Below the pieces are notes generated by a model. That model saw nothing but the letters and a program-made list of their open reading frames with translations, did no database searches and was not told the origin of the DNA. Below are positions 14,781-26,555 of a DNA stretch of 64,000 bases, piece after piece. The stretch lies in the NCBI RefSeq assembly GCF_006345805.1, contig NC_042999.1:67890001-67954000 (forward strand). The letters are read 5' to 3'. The translations under genes and the position numbers were made by a program. This DNA comes from Octopus sinensis (lineage: Eukaryota). The first letter of the stretch is position 1, and every line of letters begins with the position of its first letter.

Positions 14781-15150
14781 GGAGGCGCAATGGCCCAGTG
14801 GTTAGGGCAGCGGACTCGCGGTCGGAGGATCGTGGTTTCGATTCCCAGACCGGGCGTTGTGTGTGTTTATTGAGCGAAAACACTCAAAGCTCCACGACGC
14901 TCCGGCAGGGGGGCACCCCTGTTGTACTCTTTCGTTCCAACTTTCTCTCACTCTTTCTTCCTGTTTCTTGTCCCCGACTTCCTACGCAACCGCTGAGACT
15001 GGATGCGCATTCAGCCATCCATCGATGCTCTCGGAGTCAGGGGTTGACCTGCTTTCTCTTATGCGGGTCTTACGAATAGCAAAGGACCACGTTTCGAACT
15101 TCTCCCACTAATGGGATGAAGACCGCTTCGCTCAACAAACAAACACACAA
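14781..15150 (+). mobile_element. SINE family C, tail type 1
   Basis: tRNA-like A/B boxes; near-identical to 20209-20585 and 30000-30386; (CAAA)n tail. Confidence 0.92.
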
Positions 15151-16169
15151 ACAAACAAAACCACAAGACATTATTGATATACACAGGAAAACAGTGGGCA
15201 AAGCTAGATTCTCTTTACATGAATGAGACACCATGAATAATCGGAGTAGTGTCCAATTTGTTGCTCTGACAAAGAGGAAAACTCTTTTGTTTACTAACGT
15301 AGATTGCGCTACTCACCGTCAAATTATCGTAGTCCAACCGCATATAGCTACTGTTGTCAGTGTTTAACATTTGTTTGTTTAAAGTGTTGTATGAAGAATT
15401 TAGCTCTGAACACGAAGAAAATACTTTTGTGCACTGAATGAATATAGTTGATATGAAGCAAAGTTTGGAGTTGAGTATTTCAACTGTAATCAGAAATAAC
15501 GAACTTCCTTGCTATAATAGCAGACTCTGAAAGCATCACCTTTCATAAGCATAAGTTATCGCATGAATGATTTATGTACCAAACATATTTAGAAAGATAA
15601 ATGTATTGGATTGCTCTTTACAAGGAATAATTTCTTCTATCACTTTTGTTCGAGTTAAAAATGAATGCCTTTTGTCAACAAAAAGCGTAATGTTACAAAC
15701 TAGACCAATTTCTTCAAAGTAGCGAGTTCAGTGCCAGGCGACCAAAATTAGTAAGCATTTGCTCACTCTCAAGACGTCGGTGACAAAATATTTTACCCGA
15801 AGGCAAGGTTCTACAAAAGAACACCGTATGAATAAAGCAGCCATTTCTTCTCACTGAAAATCTCATTTCTTACACAGATACTGCAAAAGACGAATTCCTG
15901 TTGAGAAATGATTCCATGATCAGTAGCACATTTAACACGACCGAAAGTTTTTGTATTGGTTTGGAAAAGAAGTCCTGTTGTATTTTTGGCGTGATCACTT
16001 TAAGGGTAGTTTTTCAATGCTTACGATAAAATGGTTATTGATTTTTATATTATAATGTTTTCTTTTCCTTCTACGTAGATTACTTTATACCATTGTGATT
16101 AAATTCGTTTCGATATTACTCTTTTACAATAAGTTCAGCTCCGTCCCAAATTAAAACACAGCATACTGT

Positions 16170-17209
16170 ATGAATGCAAAAGATGCTATTCAGCAATGGA
16201 AGCTATTCAGCAAAGGAAAAAGCCGTTCTGTATAATGGAAATGAAGCTTTAAGAGTTCAGATATGCCAACGAAAGTTTGGCCAGTTTTCCCCGGGAAATC
16301 TCTCTCGCAAATTCCTCTCGATTTGGACGACCAAGTTATGTCAATATTGGGCTTCTAAAAACCATAGTTGAGGGGAAACCCAAAGCAAGCTACTGGAAAA
16401 TTAGCAAAATAGTTCAATTCAAGTCACACTTCGATCATAAATCACCTTCATCAACTATGAAACGTGTCTAAACTTAATCAGTGACACCTTCGCCATCTGA
16501 CCGCTTCTCAGCTTAATCAAAAAGTTGCCATCTGCTTGTCCTTGAAGAGTAAACTTGCTACCAAACATTTCCTGTGTAGAATCATTACAAGTGACAAAAA
16601 GCGGGCTCTCTATAATCATAACCAAAGAAAACGATCATGCTAAGCCGCCATTGGAAAATCCATTTCTAAACCAACACTACACCCTCAAAAAGTTGTGCTC
16701 TGTGTTTGGTGGAATATGAAAAGTGTCGTCTGCCACGGATTGTTAAAACAATACTAAGCAGTTAATACGGAGAAATATTGTCGTCCATAGGAAGCATTAC
16801 ACGAAAATCTACAGGAAAAGCACCCATCATTAGTCAGTCATGAAAGGTTGTTGGTCTTACACGATAATGCATGACCAAATATTGCCAAACTCACTCAGGC
16901 AAAAATTATGCCACTAAATATGGATTTTTGCCTCATCTTCCTGACCTTGCTCCATCTGATTATCATGTTTTCAGATCATTGCAACATTATTTAGAGGGGA
17001 AACAGTTTATTACTTGAAGTGAGGTTAAAAACGATATTGTGTGTTTCCTTGCTTTTACTCCCAAGAGATCAACTATTTTCCAAATAGATAGGATTATGTC
17101 TTCAATAATGCGGTGAAATATTATCTTAAGTAATTAAACATATAAATTAAAAACAAGGAAGTATTTTTCCCATCTTGAGATGCGACAGGACTTTCTTTCC
17201 AAACTAATA
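16170..17209 (+). mobile_element. Decayed mariner transposon
   Basis: Broken translation includes IITSDKK, LHPQKVVLCVWWNMK, LHDNA, PDLAPSDYHVFRSLQHYL; TIR-like end ...CCAAACTAATA. Confidence 0.85.
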
Positions 17210-17211
17210 TC

Positions 17212-17630
17212 TTTCTTATTTCTTTATTGCTCACAAGAGGCTAAACATAGAGGGGACAAACAAGGATAGACAAAGGGATTAAGTCGATTACATCTACCCC
17301 AGTGCGTAACTGGTATTTAATTTATCGACCCCGAAAGGATGAAAGACAAAGTTGACCTCGGCGGAATTTGAACTCAGAACGTAGCGGCAGACGAAATACC
17401 TATTTCTTTACTACCCACAAGGGGCTAAACACAGAAGGGACAAACAAGGACACAAACGGATTAAGTCGATTATATCGACCACAGTGCGTAACTAGTACTT
17501 ATTTAATCGACCCCGAAAGGATAAAAGGCAAAGTCGACCTCGGCGGAATTTGAACTCAGAACGTAACGGCAGACGAAATACGGCTGCGCATTTCGCCCGG
17601 CGTGCTAACGATTCTGCCAGCTCACCACCT
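17212..17630 (-). mobile_element. SINE family B, dimer
   Basis: Reverse complement of the 10924-11336 structure with the same internal junction. Confidence 0.88.
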
Positions 17631-17656
17631 TACACACCCAATATTTAATGTCGATA

Positions 17657-18041
17657 GTGGAGGTGCAATGGCCCAGTGGTTTGGGCAGCGGACTCGCGGT
17701 CATAGGATCGCAGTTTCGATTCCCAGACCGGGCGTTGTGAGTGTTTATTGAGCGAAAACACCTAAAAGGTCCACGAGGCTCCGACAGGGTGTGGTGGTGA
17801 TCCCTGCTGTACTTTTTCACCACAACTTTCTCTCACTCTTACTTCCTGTTTCTGTTGTACCTGTATTTCAAGGGGCCAGCCTTGTCACTCTCTGTGTCAC
17901 GCTGAATATCCCCGAGAACTACGTTAAGGGTGCACGTGTCTGTGGAGTGCTCAGCCACTTACACGTTAATTTCACGAGCAGGCTGTTCCGTTGATTCGGA
18001 TCAACCGGAACCCTCATCGTCGTAACCGACGGAGTGCTTCC
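17657..18041 (+). mobile_element. SINE family C, tail type 2
   Basis: tRNA-like head; TSD TAATGTCGATA at 17646-17656 and 18042-18052. Confidence 0.92.
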
Positions 18042-18412
18042 TAATGTCGATAAAATAATTCCCTCTCTCACTGAAACTGGGTTTATAACAACACTGAATT
18101 GTACTAGAATTTTGTATTTGTGTTTTTATCAAATACGCTGGGATAATTTTAACCTGCCATAATTTAAATTGCAGTTAAACTGGAGGAGGAAAAAAGATCA
18201 GAAAACACGTGAGTAGTGGCTCTCATGTTAGCTTTAGTAAGTGATGTGATCTTGTTTTACGAGAGAACTGAAACGGTGTCGTTCTTTTCAGTTCACTTAC
18301 AGGTTTCCTCATAATGAGGGTTCTAGTTCAGCACATGATCAATTGAACTGGAACATTATTATTACGGGGACTCCAGAACAGATTGTTTTGTTAATCAGGT
18401 ATAGCTTTCATT

Positions 18413-18828
18413 GGCGGCGAGTTGGCAGAAACGTTAGCATGCCAGACGAAATGCTTAGCAGTATTTCGTCTGCCGTCACGTTCTGAGTTCAAATTCCGCC
18501 GAGGTCGACTTTGCCTTTCATCCTTTTGGGGTCGATTAAATAAGTACCAGTTACGCACTGGGGTCGATATAATCGACTTAATCCCTTTGTCTGTCCTTGT
18601 TTGTCCCTTCTGTGTTTAGCCCCTTGTGGGTAGTAAAGAAATAGGTATTTCGTCTGCCGTCACGTTCTGAGTTCAAATTCCGCCGAGGTCGACTTTGTTT
18701 TTCATCCTTTCGGGGTCGATAAATTAAGTACCAGTTACGCACTGGGGTCGATATAATCGACTTAACCCGTTTGTCTGTCCTTGTTTGTCCTCTCTGTGTT
18801 TAGCCCCTTGTGGGCAATAAAGAAATAA
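18413..18828 (+). mobile_element. SINE family B, full-head dimer
   Basis: GGCGGCGAGTTGGCAGAAACG head, 184-bp period, AAAGAAATAAGA tail. Confidence 0.9.
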
Positions 18829-18944
18829 GATTGAAAATAGGCCACTTTGGTGTTTTTCTAAATTTATCCATCAATGGCCATTCCTCATGTTACAGGAAAA
18901 TTTGACGTCTTTTAGATACACGAATCCAAAAGAAATGCGTCACT

Positions 18945-19230
18945 CGACATACAAGAAATAGCAGCCAAATCTCCTTCAAATTATGCCCTACAGTGTTTGG
19001 AAATGAAAGCAAAAATGCAGTGAACTATGTAGAGTTGGCGATACAAAAGTATTGGATGGTCATAACTGAAACTCCTTCGATCATGGGCCAATTAGATCAG
19101 ATCTGACTTAAAGTTTTAACGACGATGGTATCATAATATACACTCGAGCAAACGAACGATCATGCTTCTACGTAGCTGTTCAACCTGTTGTAAGTAACAA
19201 CCAAATCTCCCTCTAATCCCACCTTATTAT
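18945..19230 (-). repeat. Family X ancient repeat fragments
   Basis: AGAATAGCAGCCAAATCTCC and GGATGGTCAT motifs. Confidence 0.6.
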
Positions 19231-19285
19231 CTTTAAAATTGTGATTGCATATTTGATCATTTTCGTCAAGATGTCTTTTACAGTT

Positions 19286-19525
19286 CATCTTTTACTTGTT
19301 CCAGTCATTGGACAGCGACCATGCTGGAGCACCGCCTTGAACGGTTTTAGTCGAACAAACTGACCTCGGTATATATTCTTTAAAGTCTGGTGCTTATTCT
19401 GTCGAGTCTCTTTTGTCGTACCGATAGGTTACTGGGACGTAAACAAATCAGCTGTGGTTGTCAAGCAGTGAATACACACACACACACATACACACATACA
19501 CACACACATACACACATACACACAA

Positions 19526-19577
<52 letters not shown>

Positions 19578-20013
19578 ATGCATATACACACTACTGGCTA
19601 GTTTGGTGACGCGTGGCCTAGTGGTTAGGGTGTTGGGCTTATGATCGTAAGATTGCAATTTCAATTCCTGGACCGAGCGACGCATTGTGTTCTTGAGCAA
19701 GACACTTCATTTCACGTTGCTCCAGTCCACTCAGCTGGCACAAATGGGTAATCTTGCAACGAACCGGCGTCCCGTATAGGTGGGAAATTTATAAGCTATC
19801 GAAACCGGGAGAGCGGCCCATATGAGCAGCCATGATTCGAGAAGGAAGAAGGTAACCTTCTTTTAGTTTACGTCTACCAAATCCACTTACAAGGCTTTGG
19901 TCGACCCGGGGCTGTAGTAGAAAGCATTTGTTCAACGCACCATGCAGTGGGACTGAACCCGAAACCCTGTGGATGGAAAGCAAAGGTCTTGACTATACGG
20001 CCATGTCTGCACC
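19286..20013 (-). mobile_element. SINE family A split by a (CA)n tract and a nested plus-strand tRNA SINE (19605-19855)
   Basis: A tail at 19286-19470, A head at 19857-20013; nested element begins GGTGACGCGTGGCCTAGTGGTTAGGGTG. Confidence 0.82.
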
Positions 20014-20208
20014 TATTCTGAAAACTAAGAATGAAAGAAAAGAGAAATGAAGAAAAAGAAAACGGGATGATCACGGCTCAAGCGATTTCGATCAGAAGTT
20101 CAAGCAATTGGTGGATCAAAGTTGACATGGAGTTAAGTGATAAAAACGACGACAACAGCAACAACAACAATAACAACGGTACCAACGACGACAACAACAG
20201 CAACAACA

Positions 20209-20585
20209 GTGGAGGCGCAACGGTCCAGTGGTTAGGACAGCGGATTCGCGGTCAAAGGATCGCGGTTTCGATTCCCAGACTGAGCGTTGTGTGTGTTTAT
20301 TGAGCGAAAACACCTAAAAGCTCCACGAGGCTCCGGCAGGGGGGGGGGCGACCCTTGTTGTACTCTTTCACCCCAATTTTCTCTTACTCTTTCTTCCTCT
20401 TTCTTGTCTCCGACTTCCTACGCAGCCGCTGAGCCTGGATGCGCATTCATCCATCCGTCGATGCTCTCGGTGTCGGGGGTTTGACCTGCTTTCTCTTATG
20501 CGGGTCTTACGAATAGCAAAGGACCACGTTTCGAACTTCTCCCACTACGGTCGACGACCGCTTCGCTCAACAAACAAACAAACAA
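20209..20585 (+). mobile_element. SINE family C, tail type 1
   Basis: tRNA-like head; long imperfect TSD containing GGTACCAACGACGAC on both sides. Confidence 0.92.
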
Positions 20586-20919
20586 CAAAGGTACCAACGA
20601 CGACAGCAAGAGCAACAACAACTTTGGCTGCAATAAAATGCATCGAAGGTTAAATATATTAAACAGTTGTACTTGCTGTTTGCGTAATAAAATACATATT
20701 GGTAAACAAACATGTTGGAACGTTTTAATCAAGTTAGTTGAATGTCAGGCAAAAGAAAATATGTGTGTGATCTCATAAACAAATCTCTTTATTTTGGTAA
20801 TTTCATATGTAAACATTTCTTACAAAATCTGTTGAATAAATATAAACAAAGGTCGACATTTTGTTTCCTTGTGGTGGTGGTAGCGACCGTCATGGTGACA
20901 AGGAAAGATTGATTATGTG

Positions 20920-20966
<47 letters not shown>

Positions 20967-21056
20967 CTATGTGTATCGGTGTGTTGGTGCGGTGTCATTA
21001 AAGTCTTTCTCTGTGTGTATGTGCGTGTGTGTGTATGTGTGTGCGCTATATGCCTT

Positions 21057-21142
<86 letters not shown>

Positions 21143-21171
21143 GTATGTGTGTGCGTTTGTGTGTGCGTTTG

Positions 21172-21210
<39 letters not shown>

Positions 21211-21324
21211 TATTCATGCAATCTTAACATTTAAATGACAAAGTTATGCATTATTCGAACTCAGATTGAATAACTGCGAATAATTTCACACAAAACCAGT
21301 AACGATGCTATTAATTCGTTATTG

Positions 21325-21411
<87 letters not shown>

Positions 21412-21446
21412 GTGTGTGTGTGTGTGTGTGTGTGTATGTATATTTA

Positions 21447-21782
21447 TTGCGTAGCACCTTGGGCAAGTATCTTCTACTATAGCCTCGGGCCGACCAAAGC
21501 TTTGTGAGTCGATTTGGTAGACGGAAACTGGAAGAAGCCCATCGTATCTGTATATATTTATGTGTGTGTATATGTTTGTGTGTCTGTGTTTGTCCCCCTT
21601 CCCCAACATCGCTTGACAACCGATGCTGGTGCGTTTACGTTCCCGTAACTTAGCGGTTCGGCAAAAAAAAACGATAGAATAAGTACTAGGCTTACGAAGA
21701 ATAAGCTCTGGAGTCGATTTGCTCGACTAAAGGTGGTGTTCCAGCATGGCCGCAGTCAAATGACTGAAACAAATAAAAGAGT
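21447..21782 (+). mobile_element. SINE family A, 5'-truncated
   Basis: Matches 54023-54425. Confidence 0.88.
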
Positions 21783-21809
21783 ACAGGAGTATATATATAT
21801 ATATATATA

Positions 21810-22688
21810 GTTATCCGTAATAATGAAGGGTGAAATTAATTAATTTGGAAAAATTATCAATTACACCAAGTAGTCTTCGGCATGTAAAAGCCTCATTCGA
21901 GGAAAATTTAAGTAATACTAAGCAATAAGGGTTTAGCAACGAGTTGCCTTACCACATACCGAATTTAGAAATAGCAGTCAAAGGGTTATAGCTATTTCTT
22001 CTACTAAAAAGGGAGATCTCAGTAAAAACAGCATTTGGAAGGCAGACACAAACAGGTAAGAAAGAATGAATTGACTGCAATCTATCATACATTTTTTTAG
22101 TTATCCACGGACGTACGTTTCGAAATCAAGTTTTAAGGAAAGCATAAGAATTAAATATTAAATATTAAATAATAAATAATTCTATCTTACCGAAACTTCT
22201 TTTCTCTTCAGCGTAGAATACTATAATCATAAATGATTATATATTGAATTTTGAGATACCAGAAGGCACCAACTCCACTCAGTATCAGAGCGAGCTAGAA
22301 TCCGGATTCTAGCTCGCTCTGATACTGAGTGGAGTTGGTGCCTTCTGGTATCTCAAAATTCAATATATAATCATTTATGATTATAGTATTCTACGCTGAA
22401 GAGAAAAGAAGTTTCGGTAAGATAGAATTATTTATTATTTAATATTTAATATTTAATTCTTATGCTTTCCTTAAAACTTGATTTCGAAACGTACGTCCGT
22501 GGATAACTAAAAAAATGTATGATAGATTGCAGTCAATTCATTCTTTCTTACCTGTTTGTGTCTGCCTTCCAAATGCTGTTTTTACTGAGATCTCCCTTTT
22601 TAGTAGAAGAAATAGCTATAACCCTTTGACTGCTATTTCTAAATTCGGTATGTGGTAAGGCAACTCGTTGCTAAACCCTTATTGCTTA

Positions 22689-22692
<4 letters not shown>
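21810..22692. mobile_element. Fold-back element with perfect 778-bp palindrome (21915-22692), Penelope-like inverted pLTR candidate
   Basis: 389-bp arms, no spacer, axis AGAATCC|GGATTCT at 22303/22304; TA tracts on both sides; hammerhead in each arm. Confidence 0.8.
22390..22503 (+). ncRNA. Type I hammerhead ribozyme with long stem II (mirror copy on minus strand at 22104-22217)
   Basis: Stem I UCUACG/CGUGGA; CUGAAGA 22396-22402; stem II closed by GAAA/UUUC (83 nt); GAAA 22486; stem III AC-GUAC-GU; GUC cleavage triplet ending at 22497. Confidence 0.78.
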
Positions 22693-22721
<29 letters not shown>

Positions 22722-22723
<2 letters not shown>

Positions 22724-22942
22724 GGAGTAAACACATAAATGTGAAGCAAGGTGGAAAAAAAGAGTACTCAAATACCAGTGGTAGAGTAATATGCTTTATT
22801 TAAAGCAGCAGAAAATTCAACAAAATCTGTTACTCTGAGTTTCTCGTTGCCGTTCATCAGACAGTTTTTGTTTGTCTGATGAACGGCAACGAGAAACTCA
22901 GAGTAACAGATTTTGTTGAATTTTCTGCTGCTTTAAATAAAG
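22722..22942. mobile_element. Short fold-back element, 70-bp perfect arms (22794-22863 and 22873-22942), 9-nt spacer
   Basis: Exact inverted repeat flanked by (TA)n; carries a hammerhead motif. Confidence 0.8.
22821..22870 (-). ncRNA. Minimal type I hammerhead ribozyme (partial mirror copy on + at 22873-22916)
   Basis: Minus strand: CAAAAACUGU-CUGAUGA-ACG GCAA CGA-GAAA-CUC A GAG-UA-ACAGAUUUUG; A.A mismatch at the base of stem II. Confidence 0.72.
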
Positions 22943-22989
22943 TATATATATATATATTCAATAACGAATTAATAGCACCTTTACTATTG

Positions 22990-24055
22990 TAAACTTTATC
23001 GATCGCACATACTTAATGTGTTTTGTTTGTTCGTCGATTCCGTCTTATAGCGTTTGGGAGACGACACCCTCTTAACGCTAGATACCATAAAACACCAGAA
23101 ACTCACAGACAGGCGAAACAACTTACTCTTGATCGTATCCAGGAGTGATGGATTCTGATATTTCACCATTTTTGTGGCTATCAACACCACGTACCTAATT
23201 CGAACCGGGACAAATCGAATCATCAGTCTATGACTATACTATTTTACTATTTTTCTTGCTTCAGTCATTTGACTGCGGCCATGCTGGAGCACCGCCTTTA
23301 GTCGAGCAAATCGACCCCAGGTCTTATTCATTGTAAGCCTAGTACTTATTCTATCGGGCTCCTTTTACCGAACCGCTAAGTTACGGGGACGTAAACACAT
23401 TAGCATCGGTTGTCAAGCGATGTTGGGGGGGGGGGCACAAACACAGACACACAAACATATACACACGCGCATACACACATATATATATACACATATACGA
23501 CGGGCTTCTTTCAGTTTCCGTCTACCAAATCCACTCACAAGGCTTTGGTCGGCCCGAGGCTATAGTAGAAGGCACTTGCCCAAGGTGCCACGCAGTGGGA
23601 CTGAACCCTGAACCATGTGGCTCGTAAGCAACCCACTTACCACACAGCCACTCCTACGCCTATATATAAATCGTGTAAAACTATTTGGTGGTGTGCCACG
23701 GCGATGCATACTTTACAGTACTGGCGTTGCTTTTAATTCGTTACTGAGTTTAATCTTACGTTTGCATCACCGTGGCACACCAACAAATAATTCTTACACT
23801 ATTTATATATAGTGATAGACTGGCGATTCGATTCGTCCCCGGTTCAATTCAGGCATGGAATGTTGATAGCCACAAAAATGGCGAAATATCGGTATCCATC
23901 ACTCTTGCGTTCGATCGGGGGCCAAGTTGTCTCGCCTGTCTATGACTTTCGGGTATTTTAACGTCCAGCATAAAGAGGGAGTTGTCCATCTAACGCTATA
24001 ACGCAGCGAACCGGCAAACAGAACACACGCATTGAGTATGTGCAGCCGATAATTT
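22990..24055. repeat. Old diverged fold-back (MITE-like) element interrupted by SINE A
   Basis: 22990-23238 is an imperfect reverse complement of 23808-24055; inner arms TATTTGGTGGTGTGCCACGGCGATGCA and TGCATCACCGTGGCACACCAACAAATA. Confidence 0.78.
23240..23661 (-). mobile_element. SINE family A, full length
   Basis: Complete head, central microsatellite and tail. Confidence 0.92.
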
Positions 24056-24059
24056 ATAA

Positions 24060-24258
24060 GGCGGTGAGCTGGTAGAATCGTTAGCACGCCGGGGAAAATG
24101 TTTAGCTGCATTTCGCCCGTTTCTACATTCTGAGTTCAAATTCTGCCGTAGACGGCTTTGCCTTTCGGGGTCGATAAGTAACAGTTGAGTGTTGGAGTCG
24201 TTGTAATCGACTTTTCCTCTCCTCCGAAATTGCTGGTCTTGTGGCAAATTTTGAAATC
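24060..24258 (+). mobile_element. SINE family B, older monomer
   Basis: GGCGGTGAGCTGGTAGAATCGTTAGCACGCC head. Confidence 0.8.
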
Positions 24259-24262
24259 AATG

Positions 24263-25243
24263 TATTGGGTTGGAAAGAGATGGTTCCAAAGTTCTCGTTC
24301 AGGAGATGATAGCCTTGAAAATAAGCCAATGAGTAATAATAAACCAATCAGTTATTTGACATGATGGATTAAATGCTTTGGTTGAACAAAATCCGAGAAC
24401 AAAGGTTCGAAAACTTTCATAAGAACTCCAAACATCTCACACAACTGTTTTTGAATACCTGTAAAAAATTGGAAAAGTCAAGAAAACAGATAGGTTTGTT
24501 CCACATTAACTGAACGAGATTAAAAAAAACAGACGCCTCGAAGTATGCTCCTTATTGCTTTCTCGACTGGAAAAAGACCATGTTTGCATCAAATCATTAA
24601 TTGTGGTGAGAAATGGATAGTCTTTAACAACAGCAGGAAAATAGGACAGTGATTAGATGCAGGAGAATCACTTAAGCACTACCCAGTCCAACCATTGCAC
24701 CCTAAAAAATTAGCGGTCACTGCATGGTAGTCTGCGAAGGGAGTTATCCATTACTCCTTTTTGCAACAAGGAAAACGGTAACAGCAACATCGTATTGCCA
24801 GGAAATTAATCCTATGCATAAGAATTTGAAAAAGAAGCAACCCAGACTAGTAAACAGAGATGACCCAATTTTGTTCCACGACAATGCAAGTCCTCACACT
24901 CTTCAAGCTACGGTCCAAAAGTTGCAAAGCCCCAATTATGAGATTTTGCGACACCCTTTCTATTCCTCTGATATTTCTCCCACTGATCATCACTTATTTA
25001 AGCATTTTCAGCTCTTCATAAGCAATAAAACATTCTTAAATAGAGAAGATGTCATTGAACCATTTGGACAGTTTATCACAGCAAAAGATGAATTTTTTTA
25101 AAGATGGAATATATGACATAGAGAAACGTTGGGAAAATGTCATAAATGCGTGTGTTCTGTTTGATTAAATAAATCAGTTTTCTAACACTTCTGAAACATT
25201 TTATTGTTACCCTTCAAATACATTTCACGTGAAACAACGTAAT
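24263..25243 (+). mobile_element. Decayed mariner transposon
   Basis: CGEKWIVFNN, ILFHDNASPH, HPFYSSDISPTDHHLF; TIR-like TATTGGGTTGG start and CAACGTAATA end. Confidence 0.88.
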
Positions 25244-25266
25244 ACATATATATATATATATATGTA

Positions 25267-25631
25267 TCAGTCCCACTGCGTGGCATCTTGGGCAAGTGTC
25301 TTCTGCTATAGCCCCGGGCCGACCAATGCCTTGTGAGTGGATTTGGTAGACAGAAACTGAAAGAAGCCTGTCGTATATATGTATATATATATATGTGTGT
25401 GTGTTTGTGTGTCTGTGTTTGTCCCCCTAGCATTGCTTGACAACCGATGCTGGTGTGTTTACGTCCCCATCACTTAGCGGTTCGGCAAAAGAGACCGGTA
25501 GAATAAGTACTGGGCTTACAAAGAATAAGTCCCGGGGTCAATTTGCTCAACTAAAAGGCGGTGCTCCAGCATGGCCGCAGTCAAATGACTGAAACAAGTA
25601 AAAGAGTAAAAGAGTAAAAGAGTAAAAGAGT
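25267..25631 (+). mobile_element. SINE family A, 5'-truncated, (GTAAAAGA)n tail
   Basis: Matches family A. Confidence 0.9.
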
Positions 25632-25632
25632 A

Positions 25633-25664
<32 letters not shown>

Positions 25665-25853
25665 AACGATAAAGTTTAATTTTTGTAACGATGCCTGTTA
25701 TGGTGCAACGTCGGGATCACCAGATGTCACCAATTTGTAACGGTAGAAGTTAATTGTGTAACGGTAATATGAGATGTCTTAACATGCCGTAACTACTTGG
25801 TAGAATTATTAATTATTAATTAATTAATTAATTTTACCCTTTATTATTATTGA

Positions 25854-26225
25854 CTAGCAGTATCGCCCGGCGTTGCTCGGGTTTGTAAGGGAAATAACTA
25901 TAAAGCATTTTTAGAGAGTTATAGCCAAAAAATGGAAAAAAAATTATGGTAAATTTTTTTGAGAGTTAAAAAGGTCGAGTTGCGTCCCCTAGACAGTCTG
26001 TGGTTTGTGTTTCTGATTCTCGACCCCATGTCGAATTTATCGATTTTTTTCAGAACTGGGGGAACTTTTCAAAATTTTCGCTGCGTTAGTTTTGAATTAT
26101 GACATTGGGCTATGTGTGTGTCAAGTTTCATCAGAATCGGTTGAAAACCGTGGTCAGGGTGAGGGTACAAGAAAACAGACACACAGAAACAAACACAGAC
26201 AAACTGCCGTTTATATATAGAGAGA
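25854..26225 (-). mobile_element. Non-autonomous Helitron
   Basis: Minus strand starts TC(TCTCTATATATAAA), ends hairpin CCCGAGCAACGCCGGG plus CTAG; inserted between A and T. Confidence 0.88.
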
Positions 26226-26236
26226 TATATATAACA

Positions 26237-26555
26237 TTGTTTGAGGATCTCTTTCTCAATTTGTTTCCAGTTTGCCTTATGGTAGTTCAAGCTGGAAAGA
26301 TTTTGAGGGTTTCTTGTAGGCTGCATGTCCGTGCTCTCTTTTGGCCCGTACATGGTCAGCTCTATCATGTTGTGATCCGAGAGTAGTGTCGGTGTCACTT
26401 TCACATTATGGATGAGATCCATGTCATTTGTGAAGCAGAGATCCAGTGTGTTACCTGCCCTGGTTGGTTGGAGTATTACCTGCTCCATGTACAGGGTGTT
26501 GATGAGGTTCAGGAGGGACCTCGCCTGTCCTCGTTCACATCTTGTCATTCCTGGG
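26237..26555 (-). repeat. Inverted duplicate of the LINE 5' segment (partner 26565-26883)
   Basis: 319-bp arms, one mismatch seen, 9-nt spacer AGAGAAAGG. Confidence 0.92.

Noticed and set aside
17657-17730. Genuine tRNA genes at SINE C heads
   Set aside because: Heads run into SINE bodies with TSDs, and the acceptor stem and terminator are not intact
25665-25850. Fragment whose end resembles the reverse complement of 21818-21875
   Set aside because: Probably a related terminal remnant, but too short and AT-rich to call and no intact ribozyme core is visible
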